Assembly (NCBI GenBank): GCA_050304855.1
Contig: JBNLEI010000252.1
Location: forward strand, 1 to 57,264
Direction: 5' to 3'
Length of the DNA stretch: 57,264 bases
Source: Methylococcaceae bacterium
GTDB taxonomy: Bacteria > Pseudomonadota > Gammaproteobacteria > Methylococcales > Methylomonadaceae
Part shown: positions 30,542 through 39,761 of the stretch, in pieces
Layout: each line of letters starts with the position of its first letter
How positions within the stretch are numbered: the first letter of the stretch is position 1
The notes under the pieces: model-generated
Told to the model about the DNA's origin: nothing
Database searches by the model: none
What the model saw: the letters and a program-made list of their open reading frames with translations, nothing else
Translations under genes and position numbers: made by a program

Positions 30542-31861
30542 ATGCTAAAAAAGAAAAATCTATTAATCCTGACTCTTGGTTTTTTGCTGGGTGTTTTTAT
30601 GAGCACCTGCGGCAGCGTTTTTGCCGAAAAGGAAGAGTCTGAAGTTCCAGAGGATTTGCAGGCACTGCCGTTTGAAGAGTTACGCACTTTTACGGAAGTG
30701 TTTGGGCGCATAAAACGCGATTACGTTGAACCAGTAACCGATAAGAAATTGCTGGAAGGCGCTATTCGAGGTATGTTGGCTGAGCTTGACCCGCACTCAG
30801 CTTATCTCGAAGGGGAGCAGTATCAGGAGTTAAAAGAGGGGACAACCGGTCAGTTCGGTGGGTTGGGTATCGAAGTCACGATGGAAAATGGTTTCGTCAA
30901 GGTGGTCGCGCCTATTGACGATACACCAGCTCAGCGGGCTGGTATGCAGGCAGGCGATTTGATCGTAAAATTGGATGACAAGCCGGTTAAAGGGATGACA
31001 TTAGTGGATGCAGTCAAGATCATGCGGGGTGAGCCGGGCAGCGAAATTGTACTGACAGTGATCCGGGAGGGGGAAGAGTCGCCTCTTAAGATAGCGATCG
31101 TTCGCGCAATCATTAAAGTCAAAAGCGTTAAAAGTAAACTTTTAGAAAAAGATTACGGTTATTTGCGTATCAGCAGCTTCCAGTCTCGCACGGGTCAGAA
31201 CCTGATTGATGCCGTTGTTGATTTGGAAAAAGAAAATAATGGCGACTTGAAAGGTATTGTGCTGGATTTGAGAAATAATCCGGGCGGGGTCTTGAACGCC
31301 GCTGTGGAAGTCAGTGATGCATTCCTTGAGCAAGGCTTGATCGTATTCACCGAAGGCAGGATTAAAAATTCTGAAATGCGTTTCAATGCCTCGCCGGATG
31401 ACATTCTTGACGGGGCGCCGATTGTGGTACTAATCAACGCCGGATCGGCTTCGGCTTCGGAAATCGTTGCCGGTGCGTTGCAGGATCATAAGCGAGCTAT
31501 CATCATGGGCGAGAAGTCTTTCGGTAAAGGTTCCGTACAGACTATTTTGCCCACCAGCAACGGTGCCGCGGTGAAATTGACGACAGCGCGGTATTATACG
31601 CCGTCAGGACGGTCGATTCAGGCGGAGGGGATTGAGCCGGATGTCAAATTGGCTAGAGTCAAGCTTGAATCCTTGGAGCAAGCCAAATTTGAGCCAATCA
31701 AAGAAGCAGATTTGTCTCATCACCTGAAAAACGGCAACACAAAGAAAAGCAAGGGGATATCTGGAGATAAGAAGGAAGAGGAGGAAGGCAGCATGGAAAT
31801 TAAAGATTATCCGTTGCATGAGGCGCTGACATTATTGAAGGGACTTAGTATTTTTAAATAA
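30542..31861 (+). CDS. ctpA: S41 family carboxyl-terminal processing protease
   Basis: LDPHS, GGLGIE PDZ domain, DLRNNPGG, SASASEIVAGALQD, FGKGSVQ. Confidence 0.93.
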   Translation: MLKKKNLLILTLGFLLGVFMSTCGSVFAEKEESEVPEDLQALPFEELRTFTEVFGRIKRDYVEPVTDKKLLEGAIRGMLAELDPHSAYLEGEQYQELKEGTTGQFGGLGIEVTMENGFVKVVAPIDDTPAQRAGMQAGDLIVKLDDKPVKGMTLVDAVKIMRGEPGSEIVLTVIREGEESPLKIAIVRAIIKVKSVKSKLLEKDYGYLRISSFQSRTGQNLIDAVVDLEKENNGDLKGIVLDLRNNPGGVLNAAVEVSDAFLEQGLIVFTEGRIKNSEMRFNASPDDILDGAPIVVLINAGSASASEIVAGALQDHKRAIIMGEKSFGKGSVQTILPTSNGAAVKLTTARYYTPSGRSIQAEGIEPDVKLARVKLESLEQAKFEPIKEADLSHHLKNGNTKKSKGISGDKKEEEEGSMEIKDYPLHEALTLLKGLSIFK

Positions 31862-31884
31862 AGAAATGAGATGAAATGAAATTT

Positions 31885-31935
31885 AAAGCCCGTAGTGGAG
31901 CGAATCCTATGATTCCTTATCTTGCGGGCTTTTTT
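31885..31935 (+). terminator. intrinsic terminator after ctpA
   Basis: AAAGCCCGT...GCGGGCTTTTTT stem enclosing an inner GAATC-CTAT-GATTC hairpin, followed by a U tract. Confidence 0.7.
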
Positions 31936-32242
31936 ATGTCCATTCCCTTTTCGTCGAGTGATTTGCAGAGCGGCACCTCCCATCGCTGTCGTCGATGTGG
32001 GAGAGTGGTATGAGCGGGGTAGAAAGGCGCTCTATTTTACCGGAGCTTTGATTATTTCCTTTTTGCCATCATCAGATGATGTCTGGCTATTGGCTAGAGA
32101 GGTGACGTCGCATTCCGCGATGGAATCAATTTTTCGGGGGCGAATGACCTCGCTACTATTGTTTGTAAGAGCTTCGAAGAAGCGGAGAATCCGCGAGAAG
32201 AATAATTCCAAATTGGCTTCTTCAGAAGTTGAAGTTTTCTGC

Positions 32243-32270
32243 AGAAAATGCGGGTGCCCGAAAGCACCCG
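32243..32270 (-). terminator. intrinsic terminator after cysI-DUF934
   Basis: CGGGTGC/GCACCCG stem (32251-32270) followed on the - strand by CATTTTCT. Confidence 0.65.
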
Positions 32271-32293
32271 GCGTGTTATCGGTAAATTCTATT

Positions 32294-32746
32294 TTATCGG
32301 GTTGATGTTTGGTAGCGTACCGAAAAATCGTTTAAAGACGAGAGTGCGGTATCTAATTCTTTTTCCGTTTTTAATTGGAATGCATTGACTCCCACACTGC
32401 TCAGGTAGAATACTTGATCAGCCATAAAACTGCCGATTGCACGGATTTCTCCTTGGTAATGATAGCGGTCTCTTAATAGGTGAGCTTGGGAAAAGGCCCT
32501 GCCATCGGTGAATGCTGGGAAATCGAGTTCAATCAAGTCGATTGTATTTAGATCCGAAGCCAGAACAGCAATGTCGTCTGTTGAGCTCAGCCGAACGCCG
32601 GTCCGTCCGTCGCGATTGGCAATTAATTCTTTGTCTTTTTTCCAGCGATTCAAAGAAACGCTAATATCGCCATTCTTCAGTCCGACGTCATCGGCGATAA
32701 AAGTCCAGGTGTTATCGATGATCTGTCTGTCTTTAATGATTTGCAT
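32294..32746 (-). CDS. DUF934 family protein (CysI partner)
   Basis: IELDFPAFTDGRAFSQA.LLR.R..YQGEIRAIG...DQ; overlaps the end of cysI. Confidence 0.9.
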   Translation of the reverse strand: MQIIKDRQIIDNTWTFIADDVGLKNGDISVSLNRWKKDKELIANRDGRTGVRLSSTDDIAVLASDLNTIDLIELDFPAFTDGRAFSQAHLLRDRYHYQGEIRAIGSFMADQVFYLSSVGVNAFQLKTEKELDTALSSLNDFSVRYQTSTR

Positions 32747-34388
32747 AGACTTGTTCTTTAAATGGATTTAACCCGATACGTTTGACGGTTTGTAAAAACG
32801 TTTCCTCTTCATTGAGGCGTTGTTTGACATATACGTCGAGGATTTTAGTAATGGCGGGAGTAATTTCATCTTTAGCGACCGCCGGTCCCAGGCGTTCGCC
32901 AATAGCAGCTTCATTTTCTGAAGAGCCGCCTAATGTAATCTGGTACCATTCCACGCCTTTTTTATCGACCCCCAGGATTCCGATATGCCCTACGCTTTGA
33001 TGGGCGCAGCCGTTCATGCAGCCGGACATATTGATTTTGACTTCGCCGATGTCATGCAGATAGTCCATGTCATCGAAGGCTGCATTGATTTCCCGGGCAA
33101 TACCGATGGATCCGGCATTAGCCAGAGCGCAAAAATCAAGGCCGGGGCAGCATATCATGTCGGTTGCCGTGCCGATATTCGGCGTTGCTAGTTCCAACGC
33201 ATCCAGTTTTTGCCACAATTCATATAAGTCCGCGTGCTTGACGTCTGCCATCACCAGGTTTTGCCGGTGAGTGGTTCTGATTTGGCCGAAGCTATATTGC
33301 TCAGCCAAGTCAGCAATGGCATCCAACTGAGAATGGGTGACGTCTCCGGGCGGAGAATCTGGGGCTTTAAGTGAAACGAACACGTTGCGATAGCCGGCGA
33401 TTTTGTGGTCAGTTGTATTTTGGGTGGCCCAGCGGTTAAAGGCCGGGTCCGTTTTTAGAAATTGTTGATAACTTGTGTCGTCGGCAGCATTCGTTTCATA
33501 GTTCGGGGGTTGAAAATGAGTCTGCATAGCGGCTATGCGGTCATCGCTGAGTTCCTGTCCATCGCGAATTTGCAGCCATTCCTGGTCGACCATCTGAGTG
33601 ATTTTCTCGATACCGCTTTCTCGAACCAAAATTTTGATTCGCGCCTTATATTTGTTGTCTCGCCGGCCATGCAGATTATAGACCCGCAAAATCGCTTCCA
33701 AGTAAGATAACAAGTGTTTCTTTTCTAGAAAAGCTTTGATTTCCTGTCCGATTACCGGTGTTCTTCCGAGCCCGCCGCCAACCAGAATTCTAAAGCCGGT
33801 TTCGCCTTCGTCGTTATTGACTAAATGGACTCCGATATCGTGAAATTGCGTTGCAGCTCTATCTTGCTTGGAAGCGCTGACAGCAATCTTGAATTTGCGT
33901 GGTAAATAGGCAAATTCGGGATGCAACGTCGTCCATTGACGGATAATCTCGCAGTACGGGCGGGGGTCTTCCAGCTCGTCTACGCATGCGCCGGCCAAGT
34001 GATCGGTCGTCGTATTGCGCATGCAATTACCGCTGGTCTGGATCGCGTGCATTTGAACCGTTGCCAATTCGGCCAGGATATCAGGAACTTTTTTAAGCTC
34101 CGGCCAGTTGTATTGAACGTTTTGGCGAGTCGAGAAATGGCAGTACCCCTTGTCATAGTCTCTAGCAATGCTGGCCAGTTTGCGAACTTGAGTGGAAGAT
34201 AGCAAACCGTAAGGAATTGCAACTCGAAGCATTGGGGCGTGTGTCTGGACATAGAGGCCGTTCATCAGCCGTAAGGCGCGAAATTCGTCTTCGCCGATTT
34301 CACCATTTAAATAGCGTTCGGTTTGCCCTCTGAACTGGGCAACCCTTTCTTCAATGAGAGTTTGATCGTCGTCGTTATATTGGTACAT
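32733..34388 (-). CDS. cysI: siroheme/[4Fe-4S] sulfite (nitrite/sulfite) reductase, Pseudomonas CysI type
   Basis: MLRVAIPYG, STRQNVQ, LPRKFKIA, CPGLDFCALA, SGCMNGCAH siroheme ligands. Confidence 0.9.
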   Translation of the reverse strand: MYQYNDDDQTLIEERVAQFRGQTERYLNGEIGEDEFRALRLMNGLYVQTHAPMLRVAIPYGLLSSTQVRKLASIARDYDKGYCHFSTRQNVQYNWPELKKVPDILAELATVQMHAIQTSGNCMRNTTTDHLAGACVDELEDPRPYCEIIRQWTTLHPEFAYLPRKFKIAVSASKQDRAATQFHDIGVHLVNNDEGETGFRILVGGGLGRTPVIGQEIKAFLEKKHLLSYLEAILRVYNLHGRRDNKYKARIKILVRESGIEKITQMVDQEWLQIRDGQELSDDRIAAMQTHFQPPNYETNAADDTSYQQFLKTDPAFNRWATQNTTDHKIAGYRNVFVSLKAPDSPPGDVTHSQLDAIADLAEQYSFGQIRTTHRQNLVMADVKHADLYELWQKLDALELATPNIGTATDMICCPGLDFCALANAGSIGIAREINAAFDDMDYLHDIGEVKINMSGCMNGCAHQSVGHIGILGVDKKGVEWYQITLGGSSENEAAIGERLGPAVAKDEITPAITKILDVYVKQRLNEEETFLQTVKRIGLNPFKEQVYANH

Positions 34389-34546
34389 GGTCGTTTTGCG
34401 CTTTCTACAGCGAGTGTGACTTGGCCGTCAATGATATACCGCGTGCGATTAAATGACAAAGTTAATTATATCGGATAACATACGCGGTTGTTTCGATTTG
34501 CTGTTAATCATTATTTCATTATAAGTATTTAGGGTAGGGGGTTGTC

Positions 34547-35908
34547 TTGTTGCGCATATTATTGATCGTTGCGGGCCTTTTTACGGTGCCGGGAATGGCG
34601 ATGGCTGCTGAATTCGCTAATCTGGGCATGACCGGAACGGAAAGAGGCATTTATACGGTGCTGATCTTTAGGATCGCTTATGGTTTTGTGATGGCTGAAG
34701 AATTTACCGGTTTACGCAAGTCCAAACCGGTGATTTTGGTAGCCGGTATCATTTGGGCTCATGCGGCGGTTTTGGCCAACTCAGCGGGGGTTTCCGTCGA
34801 GGCTGTTCATGAAGCTTTCGAATTTAATTTGAAAGAATATGCCGAATTAATGCTATTTCTTTTAGTGGCGATGACTTATATCAACGCAATGGCCGAGCGT
34901 GACGTATTTGAGGCATTACGTTCCTGGTTGGTCAGAAAAGAATTCGGTTATCGGAAACTGTTCTGGATTACTGGCGTCATTACTTTCTTCCTGTCCGCCG
35001 TTGCAGACAATCTGACTTCTGCATTATTGGTCGGTGCCGTGGTGATGGCGGTCGGGGCCAATAACGAAAAATTCGTGGCAATCGGTTTCGTTAACTTGGT
35101 TGTAGCGGCTAATGCCGGCGGTGCATTTAGTCCGTTCGGCGACATTACCACCTTGATGGTATGGCAGGCGGGTTATGCCGAGTTTTTCGATTTCTTTAAG
35201 CTGTTCATTCCTTCCGCGGTCAACTATTTGGTGCCCGCGGTCTTTATGAATATGGCTGTCCCCGATGAAAAACCAGAGGCGACGCACGAAAAAGCGGTGA
35301 AAATGAAACCGGGTGCGATTCAGGTTTGTGTGCTGTTTTTGCTAACCATTGTCACCGCCGTTAGTTTCAAGCAATTTTTGCATTTGCCGCCGTTCATGGG
35401 AATGATGGTCGGATTGTCTTTCCTGTTGATTTACGGTTTCAGGTTGAAAACCTTATACCATTCGGATGAGGGAGATAAGTTCGATATATTTAATAAAGTA
35501 CGCGATGCGGAATGGGACACCCTGTTTTTCTTCTTCGGGGTAGTCTTTGCGGTTGGCGGTTTGGGGTATATCGGTTATCTGGAATTGTTGTCCGGCGCCA
35601 TGTACGATGGCCTGGGGCAGACCGGTGCCAATATTCTGGTCGGCATTCTTTCCGCTATCGTCGATAATATCCCAGTGATGTTTGCGGTCTTGAGCATGAA
35701 TCTGGATATGGATCTGTACCAATGGCTGTTGGTCACTTTGACTGCCGGTGTCGGCGGATCAATGTTGTCGATCGGTTCGGCTGCTGGCGTCGCTTTGATG
35801 GGGCAGTCAAAACACAAATACACGTTCTTCAGCCATTTGAAGTGGACGCCAGCGATTGCGGGCGGTTACGCGGCAAGTATTTTTGTTCACTACCTGATTA
35901 ACGGGTAA
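34547..35908 (+). CDS. nhaD: Na+/H+ antiporter NhaD
   Basis: EE..LRKSKP, FLLVAMTYIN, ADNLT, ANAGGAFSPFGDITTLMVW, EWDTLFFF, SAIVDNIP, GGSMLSIGSAAGV. Confidence 0.92.
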   Translation: MLRILLIVAGLFTVPGMAMAAEFANLGMTGTERGIYTVLIFRIAYGFVMAEEFTGLRKSKPVILVAGIIWAHAAVLANSAGVSVEAVHEAFEFNLKEYAELMLFLLVAMTYINAMAERDVFEALRSWLVRKEFGYRKLFWITGVITFFLSAVADNLTSALLVGAVVMAVGANNEKFVAIGFVNLVVAANAGGAFSPFGDITTLMVWQAGYAEFFDFFKLFIPSAVNYLVPAVFMNMAVPDEKPEATHEKAVKMKPGAIQVCVLFLLTIVTAVSFKQFLHLPPFMGMMVGLSFLLIYGFRLKTLYHSDEGDKFDIFNKVRDAEWDTLFFFFGVVFAVGGLGYIGYLELLSGAMYDGLGQTGANILVGILSAIVDNIPVMFAVLSMNLDMDLYQWLLVTLTAGVGGSMLSIGSAAGVALMGQSKHKYTFFSHLKWTPAIAGGYAASIFVHYLING

Positions 35909-35951
35909 TCCGCAATTTCGCTTTATTGGCGAATATCCTTGGAGGTGCCTG

Positions 35952-37304
35952 ATGGCCAGGTTTTATAATTGGCGTCAGGCGCTTTCGGTTTATGCTCAGC
36001 CATCAGTGCTGAGCATGATCTTTCTTGGTTTTTCGGCCGGTCTGCCTTTTCTTCTCGTTTTTTCAACGCTTTCGGCGTGGCTGCGTGACGAGGGCGTCAC
36101 TCTTTCCGTTATTGGATATTTCAGTTGGGTCGGTGTTACCTATTCCATCAAGGTTTTTTGGGCCCCTGTCATTGATCGATTGCAATTGATCTGGTTATCC
36201 CGTACTTTGGGGAAAAGGCGCAGTTGGATGTTGGTTGCACAAGTCGGAATCGCCGTTGGATTGTTTGGAATGGGAAGTGCGGACGCTCAGATGCATCTGC
36301 AGGAAATCGCTTTGTTGGCGATCGTGGTTGCATTCTGTTCGGCAACGCAAGACATTGTCGTTGATGCTTATCGGATTGAAGTCGCTGTGCCCGAATATCA
36401 AGGGGCAATGGCCGCCGCTTATGTTTTTGGCTATCGAGTCGCACTGTTGGTGGCGGGAGCAGGGGCTTTTTATATAGCGGCGTTTGTTAGTTGGCAGGCG
36501 GCTTATTATGCGATGGCTGCGGGTATGTTAGTGGGGGTTGTCACCACATTGTTGGTCCGCGAGCCGGTGCATTCACCTGACAGGCGAACGGAAAAAACGG
36601 AAAGTGAGCTAGAATCGGCTTTCGGAGTCGATAAAAAAGGCCCAGCGCCGGTTCGATTACTGGCTTGGTTCATCGATGCTGTTGTTAGTCCGTTTGTTGA
36701 GTTTTTTGCCCGCAACGGCAAAAGAGGGCTGGTTATTCTATTGCTGATTGCCGTTTACAAGTTAAGCGATATTACGATGGGCGTTATGGCCAATCCTTTT
36801 TATTTGGATCTGGGTTTCAGTAAGCAGGAGATTGCCGAAGTCAGTAAGATATTCGGTTTTTTTATGACGATTCTCGGGGCGTCTGTCGGCGGAGTGCTGG
36901 TGGTGCGTTTCGGTATTATGAGACCACTGTTGCTTGGAGCGGTGATGGTGGCTGCTACTAATTTACTGTTCGCTTGGTTGGCTGTTAGCCAGCCAAATTT
37001 GTCATTGCTTGCGGCTGTTATCAGTGCGGATAACTTAAGCGGGGGGATTGCTACTGCAGTTTTTATCGCTTATTTGTCAAGTTTGACCAACAGTGCCTAT
37101 ACTGCGACTCAGTATGCTTTGTTCAGTTCTTTAATGACGTTGCCGGCCAAATTGTTGGGTGGATTGTCGGGACGGGTTGTTGAGCAATTTGGATATGAGC
37201 TGTTTTTCGTTTATGCGGCATTAATCGGTCTTCCCGCCATTATTCTGGTGATAGCGCTGATAAAGTGGGGTTCGATCCCTACAGAGAGTAATCGTAATCC
37301 ATGA
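35952..37304 (+). CDS. ampG: AmpG family muropeptide MFS permease
   Basis: LGFSAGLP, KVFWAP, GKRRSW, SATQDIVVDAYRIE, ATQYALFSS. Confidence 0.92.
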   Translation: MARFYNWRQALSVYAQPSVLSMIFLGFSAGLPFLLVFSTLSAWLRDEGVTLSVIGYFSWVGVTYSIKVFWAPVIDRLQLIWLSRTLGKRRSWMLVAQVGIAVGLFGMGSADAQMHLQEIALLAIVVAFCSATQDIVVDAYRIEVAVPEYQGAMAAAYVFGYRVALLVAGAGAFYIAAFVSWQAAYYAMAAGMLVGVVTTLLVREPVHSPDRRTEKTESELESAFGVDKKGPAPVRLLAWFIDAVVSPFVEFFARNGKRGLVILLLIAVYKLSDITMGVMANPFYLDLGFSKQEIAEVSKIFGFFMTILGASVGGVLVVRFGIMRPLLLGAVMVAATNLLFAWLAVSQPNLSLLAAVISADNLSGGIATAVFIAYLSSLTNSAYTATQYALFSSLMTLPAKLLGGLSGRVVEQFGYELFFVYAALIGLPAIILVIALIKWGSIPTESNRNP

Positions 37305-38052
37305 TTAAAGGGGCATGATCGGAAAACCGTTCATCTTTATAGATTGAAGTGAAACGAATTTTATCTTTTAAGTTACTGTTGATGACTTGATAATCGATTC
37401 GCCAGCCGACATTCTTGGTCCAAGATTGACCGCGATTTGACCACCATGTGTATTGTTCGGCCTGTTGATTGACTAGGCGGAATGCGTCAAACCAGGTTTT
37501 GTTGTCGAATAACCGGTCGAGCCAAGCCCGTTCTTCTGGAAGGAAGCCGGAGTTCTTCCGATTGCTTTTCCAGTTTTTCAAGTCAATTTCCTTATGAGCG
37601 ATATTCCAATCGCCGCAGATAATATAATCTCGGCCGTTATTGCCGATATCCTGCAGATAAGGAGCCAGGCGATTAAGCAACGAAAATTTCAGGTTTTGTC
37701 TTTCCTCACCCGATGTGCCGGAAGGAAGGTATAAAGAGATTACGCTTAAATTATTGAACCGGACTTCAATAAAGCGGCCTTCCGTATCCATTTCCGGCCC
37801 GCCAATGCCGTGTTGGACGACTGTGGGTCTGTGCTTGCTGTAGATCGCGACACCGCTGTAGCCTTTTTTCTCCGCATCATGATAAAAGCAGTGGAAGTCT
37901 TTTGGCCAAAAGTTCTCGGATTTGAGTTGATCGACCTGAGCTTTGGTTTCTTGCAAACAAACGATATCGGAGTTTTGTTGTTGCAGCCATTGAAAAAAAC
38001 CTTTGCGTTCAGCGGCCCGGATGCCATTGACATTTAAGGTGATAATTCGCAC
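37279..38052 (-). CDS. xth: exodeoxyribonuclease III / AP endonuclease
   Basis: NVNGIRA, LQETK, GYSGVA, GDWNIAH, GWRIDY, SDHAP with catalytic residues intact. Confidence 0.9.
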   Translation of the reverse strand: MRIITLNVNGIRAAERKGFFQWLQQQNSDIVCLQETKAQVDQLKSENFWPKDFHCFYHDAEKKGYSGVAIYSKHRPTVVQHGIGGPEMDTEGRFIEVRFNNLSVISLYLPSGTSGEERQNLKFSLLNRLAPYLQDIGNNGRDYIICGDWNIAHKEIDLKNWKSNRKNSGFLPEERAWLDRLFDNKTWFDAFRLVNQQAEQYTWWSNRGQSWTKNVGWRIDYQVINSNLKDKIRFTSIYKDERFSDHAPLIMDYDYSL

Positions 38053-38065
38053 GAATAAAACACAG

Positions 38066-38094
38066 TTGCGGTTTGTTTTGGGAAGTCGTATTAT
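38066..38094 (+). promoter_or_regulatory. sigma70 promoter for rpmE
   Basis: TTGCGG, 17 nt spacer, TATTAT. Confidence 0.55.
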
Positions 38095-38143
38095 ACGCAG
38101 TTCTCTATCAAGTATGTAGCCCGTAGCGGGGAATGTGAAATTT

Positions 38144-38344
38144 ATGAAACCAGAAATTCATCCTGAATATAAACAAATTACTGTGACCTGTGGTTGTGGA
38201 AACACTTTTGAAACGGGTTCCGTATTGGGTAAAGACCTTCATATCGAGGTATGTTCTGCTTGCCATCCTTTTTATACAGGAAAGCAAAGAGTCGTTGACA
38301 CAGCTGGACGAGTGGACAAATTCCGTAAAAAATTCGGAAAATAA
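38144..38344 (+). CDS. rpmE: 50S ribosomal protein L31 (Zn-binding C+ type)
   Basis: [31 protein letters not shown]. Confidence 0.97.
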   Translation: MKPEIHPEYKQITVTCGCGNTFETGSVLGKDLHIEVCSACHPFYTGKQRVVDTAGRVDKFRKKFGK

Positions 38345-38397
38345 AATTACTGTGATCCTCGGCAATTTTTAACATACCGTAAGCAGAAGGTTCCGAT

Positions 38398-39705
38398 ATG
38401 GCAGAAGACAACGCAACAATTACGCTTGAAACCTCCGGGGAAAAGGCGGAGTTTTCGCTTATTCATGGAACCAAAGGAACTCCCGCGATTGACATCGGGA
38501 CTCTGAATAAACAGCTCGGAGTTTTTACCTATGATCCCGGTTTCATGTCGACGGCTAGTTGTAAGAGTGCCATTACTTATATCGACGGCGAAAAAGGAGT
38601 ATTGTTGTATCGAGGTTATCCGATAGAACAATTGGCCAAGCACAGCACATTCCTGGAAGTCGCCTATCTCCTTATGAATGGTGAATTGCCGACAAAAGAG
38701 GAGTTATGGGAATTTACTGACGAAATCAATCATCACGCGATGCTACATGAAGCCCTGCGGAGTTTTTTCGACGGCTTTCATTATGACGCTCACCCAATGG
38801 CGATGATGGTTGGAGTGATGGGGTCGCTGTCCGCTTTTTATCATAGCGAGCTGAACATGGATGATCCCGAGCATCGGCGGATTTCGGCGATGAGGATGTT
38901 GGCGAAGGTTCCGACTATTGCCGCGGCATGTTATCGACATTCGGTTGGTTGGCCGTTCATTTATCCGCGAGTCGATCTCGGCTATTGCGAAAATTTCATG
39001 AATATGATGTTTTCGTTACCCTCTCAAAAGTTCATCGGCGTCGATCATTATATTGATCCGGTTGCGATTAAGGCACTAAATATATTGTTGATATTGCATG
39101 CCGATCATGAACAGAATGCCAGTACGTCAACAGTGCGATTAGCCAGTAGTACAGGAGCTAACCCTTATGCTTGCGTAGCCGCAGGAATTTCCGCTTTGTG
39201 GGGGCCTGCACATGGCGGTGCCAACGAAGCGGTTTTAAGTATGTTATCCGAAATAGGCAGTGCGGACAGGATTCCTGAGTTTATTGCTCGAGCCAAGGAT
39301 AAAAACGATCCTTTCCGATTAATGGGATTCGGTCACCGGGTTTATAAAAACTTTGACCCGCGCGCAACGATCATTCGCGAAACCTGTTATGAGGTGTTGG
39401 AAAAATATTCTAATAACGACCCGCTTTTTGAATTGGCACTGGCGTTGGAAGAGCATGCCTTAAAAGACGACTATTTCATTGAAAAGAAACTATACCCAAA
39501 TGTCGATTTTTATTCAGGCATCATCTATAAGGCACTAAAAATTCCTGAAGATATGTTTACTGTGATGTTTGTGATTGCGCGTACGGCAGGTTGGGTTTCT
39601 CATTGGCTCGAGATGATGGCTGATCCGAAACGTCGCATTGGCCGCCCTAGGCAGATCTATACTGGTTATGAGCAAAGGGAATACGTGGCGCCAGAAGAGC
39701 GCTAA
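38398..39705 (+). CDS. gltA: type II citrate synthase
   Basis: [52 protein letters not shown]. Confidence 0.97.
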   Translation: MAEDNATITLETSGEKAEFSLIHGTKGTPAIDIGTLNKQLGVFTYDPGFMSTASCKSAITYIDGEKGVLLYRGYPIEQLAKHSTFLEVAYLLMNGELPTKEELWEFTDEINHHAMLHEALRSFFDGFHYDAHPMAMMVGVMGSLSAFYHSELNMDDPEHRRISAMRMLAKVPTIAAACYRHSVGWPFIYPRVDLGYCENFMNMMFSLPSQKFIGVDHYIDPVAIKALNILLILHADHEQNASTSTVRLASSTGANPYACVAAGISALWGPAHGGANEAVLSMLSEIGSADRIPEFIARAKDKNDPFRLMGFGHRVYKNFDPRATIIRETCYEVLEKYSNNDPLFELALALEEHALKDDYFIEKKLYPNVDFYSGIIYKALKIPEDMFTVMFVIARTAGWVSHWLEMMADPKRRIGRPRQIYTGYEQREYVAPEER

Positions 39706-39761
39706 GATATAGCTTTGCTGTAGCCGTTTTTTATTTAAATCGGCCTAGGTTTTTCGAGGCG

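Noticed and set aside
31922-32305. 127-aa plus-strand ORF as a real gene
   Set aside because: Starts with TTG inside the ctpA terminator, crosses another terminator and has no motif; kept only as part of the intergenic finding.
34670-34672. Arg within the first NhaD TM helix (LIFRIAY)
   Set aside because: A single residue that could be a strain variant or base-call error; the frame and all key motifs are intact.
37279-38052. Catabolite repression control protein Crc
   Set aside because: Crc is a catalytically degenerate homologue; here QETK, GDWN and SDH are intact, favouring an active ExoIII.
39708-39722. AGC-TTT-GCT triloop after gltA resembling the rnpB P12 tip, as a REP family
   Set aside because: Only ~9 nt shared and no further extragenic copies seen; insufficient to call a repeat family.
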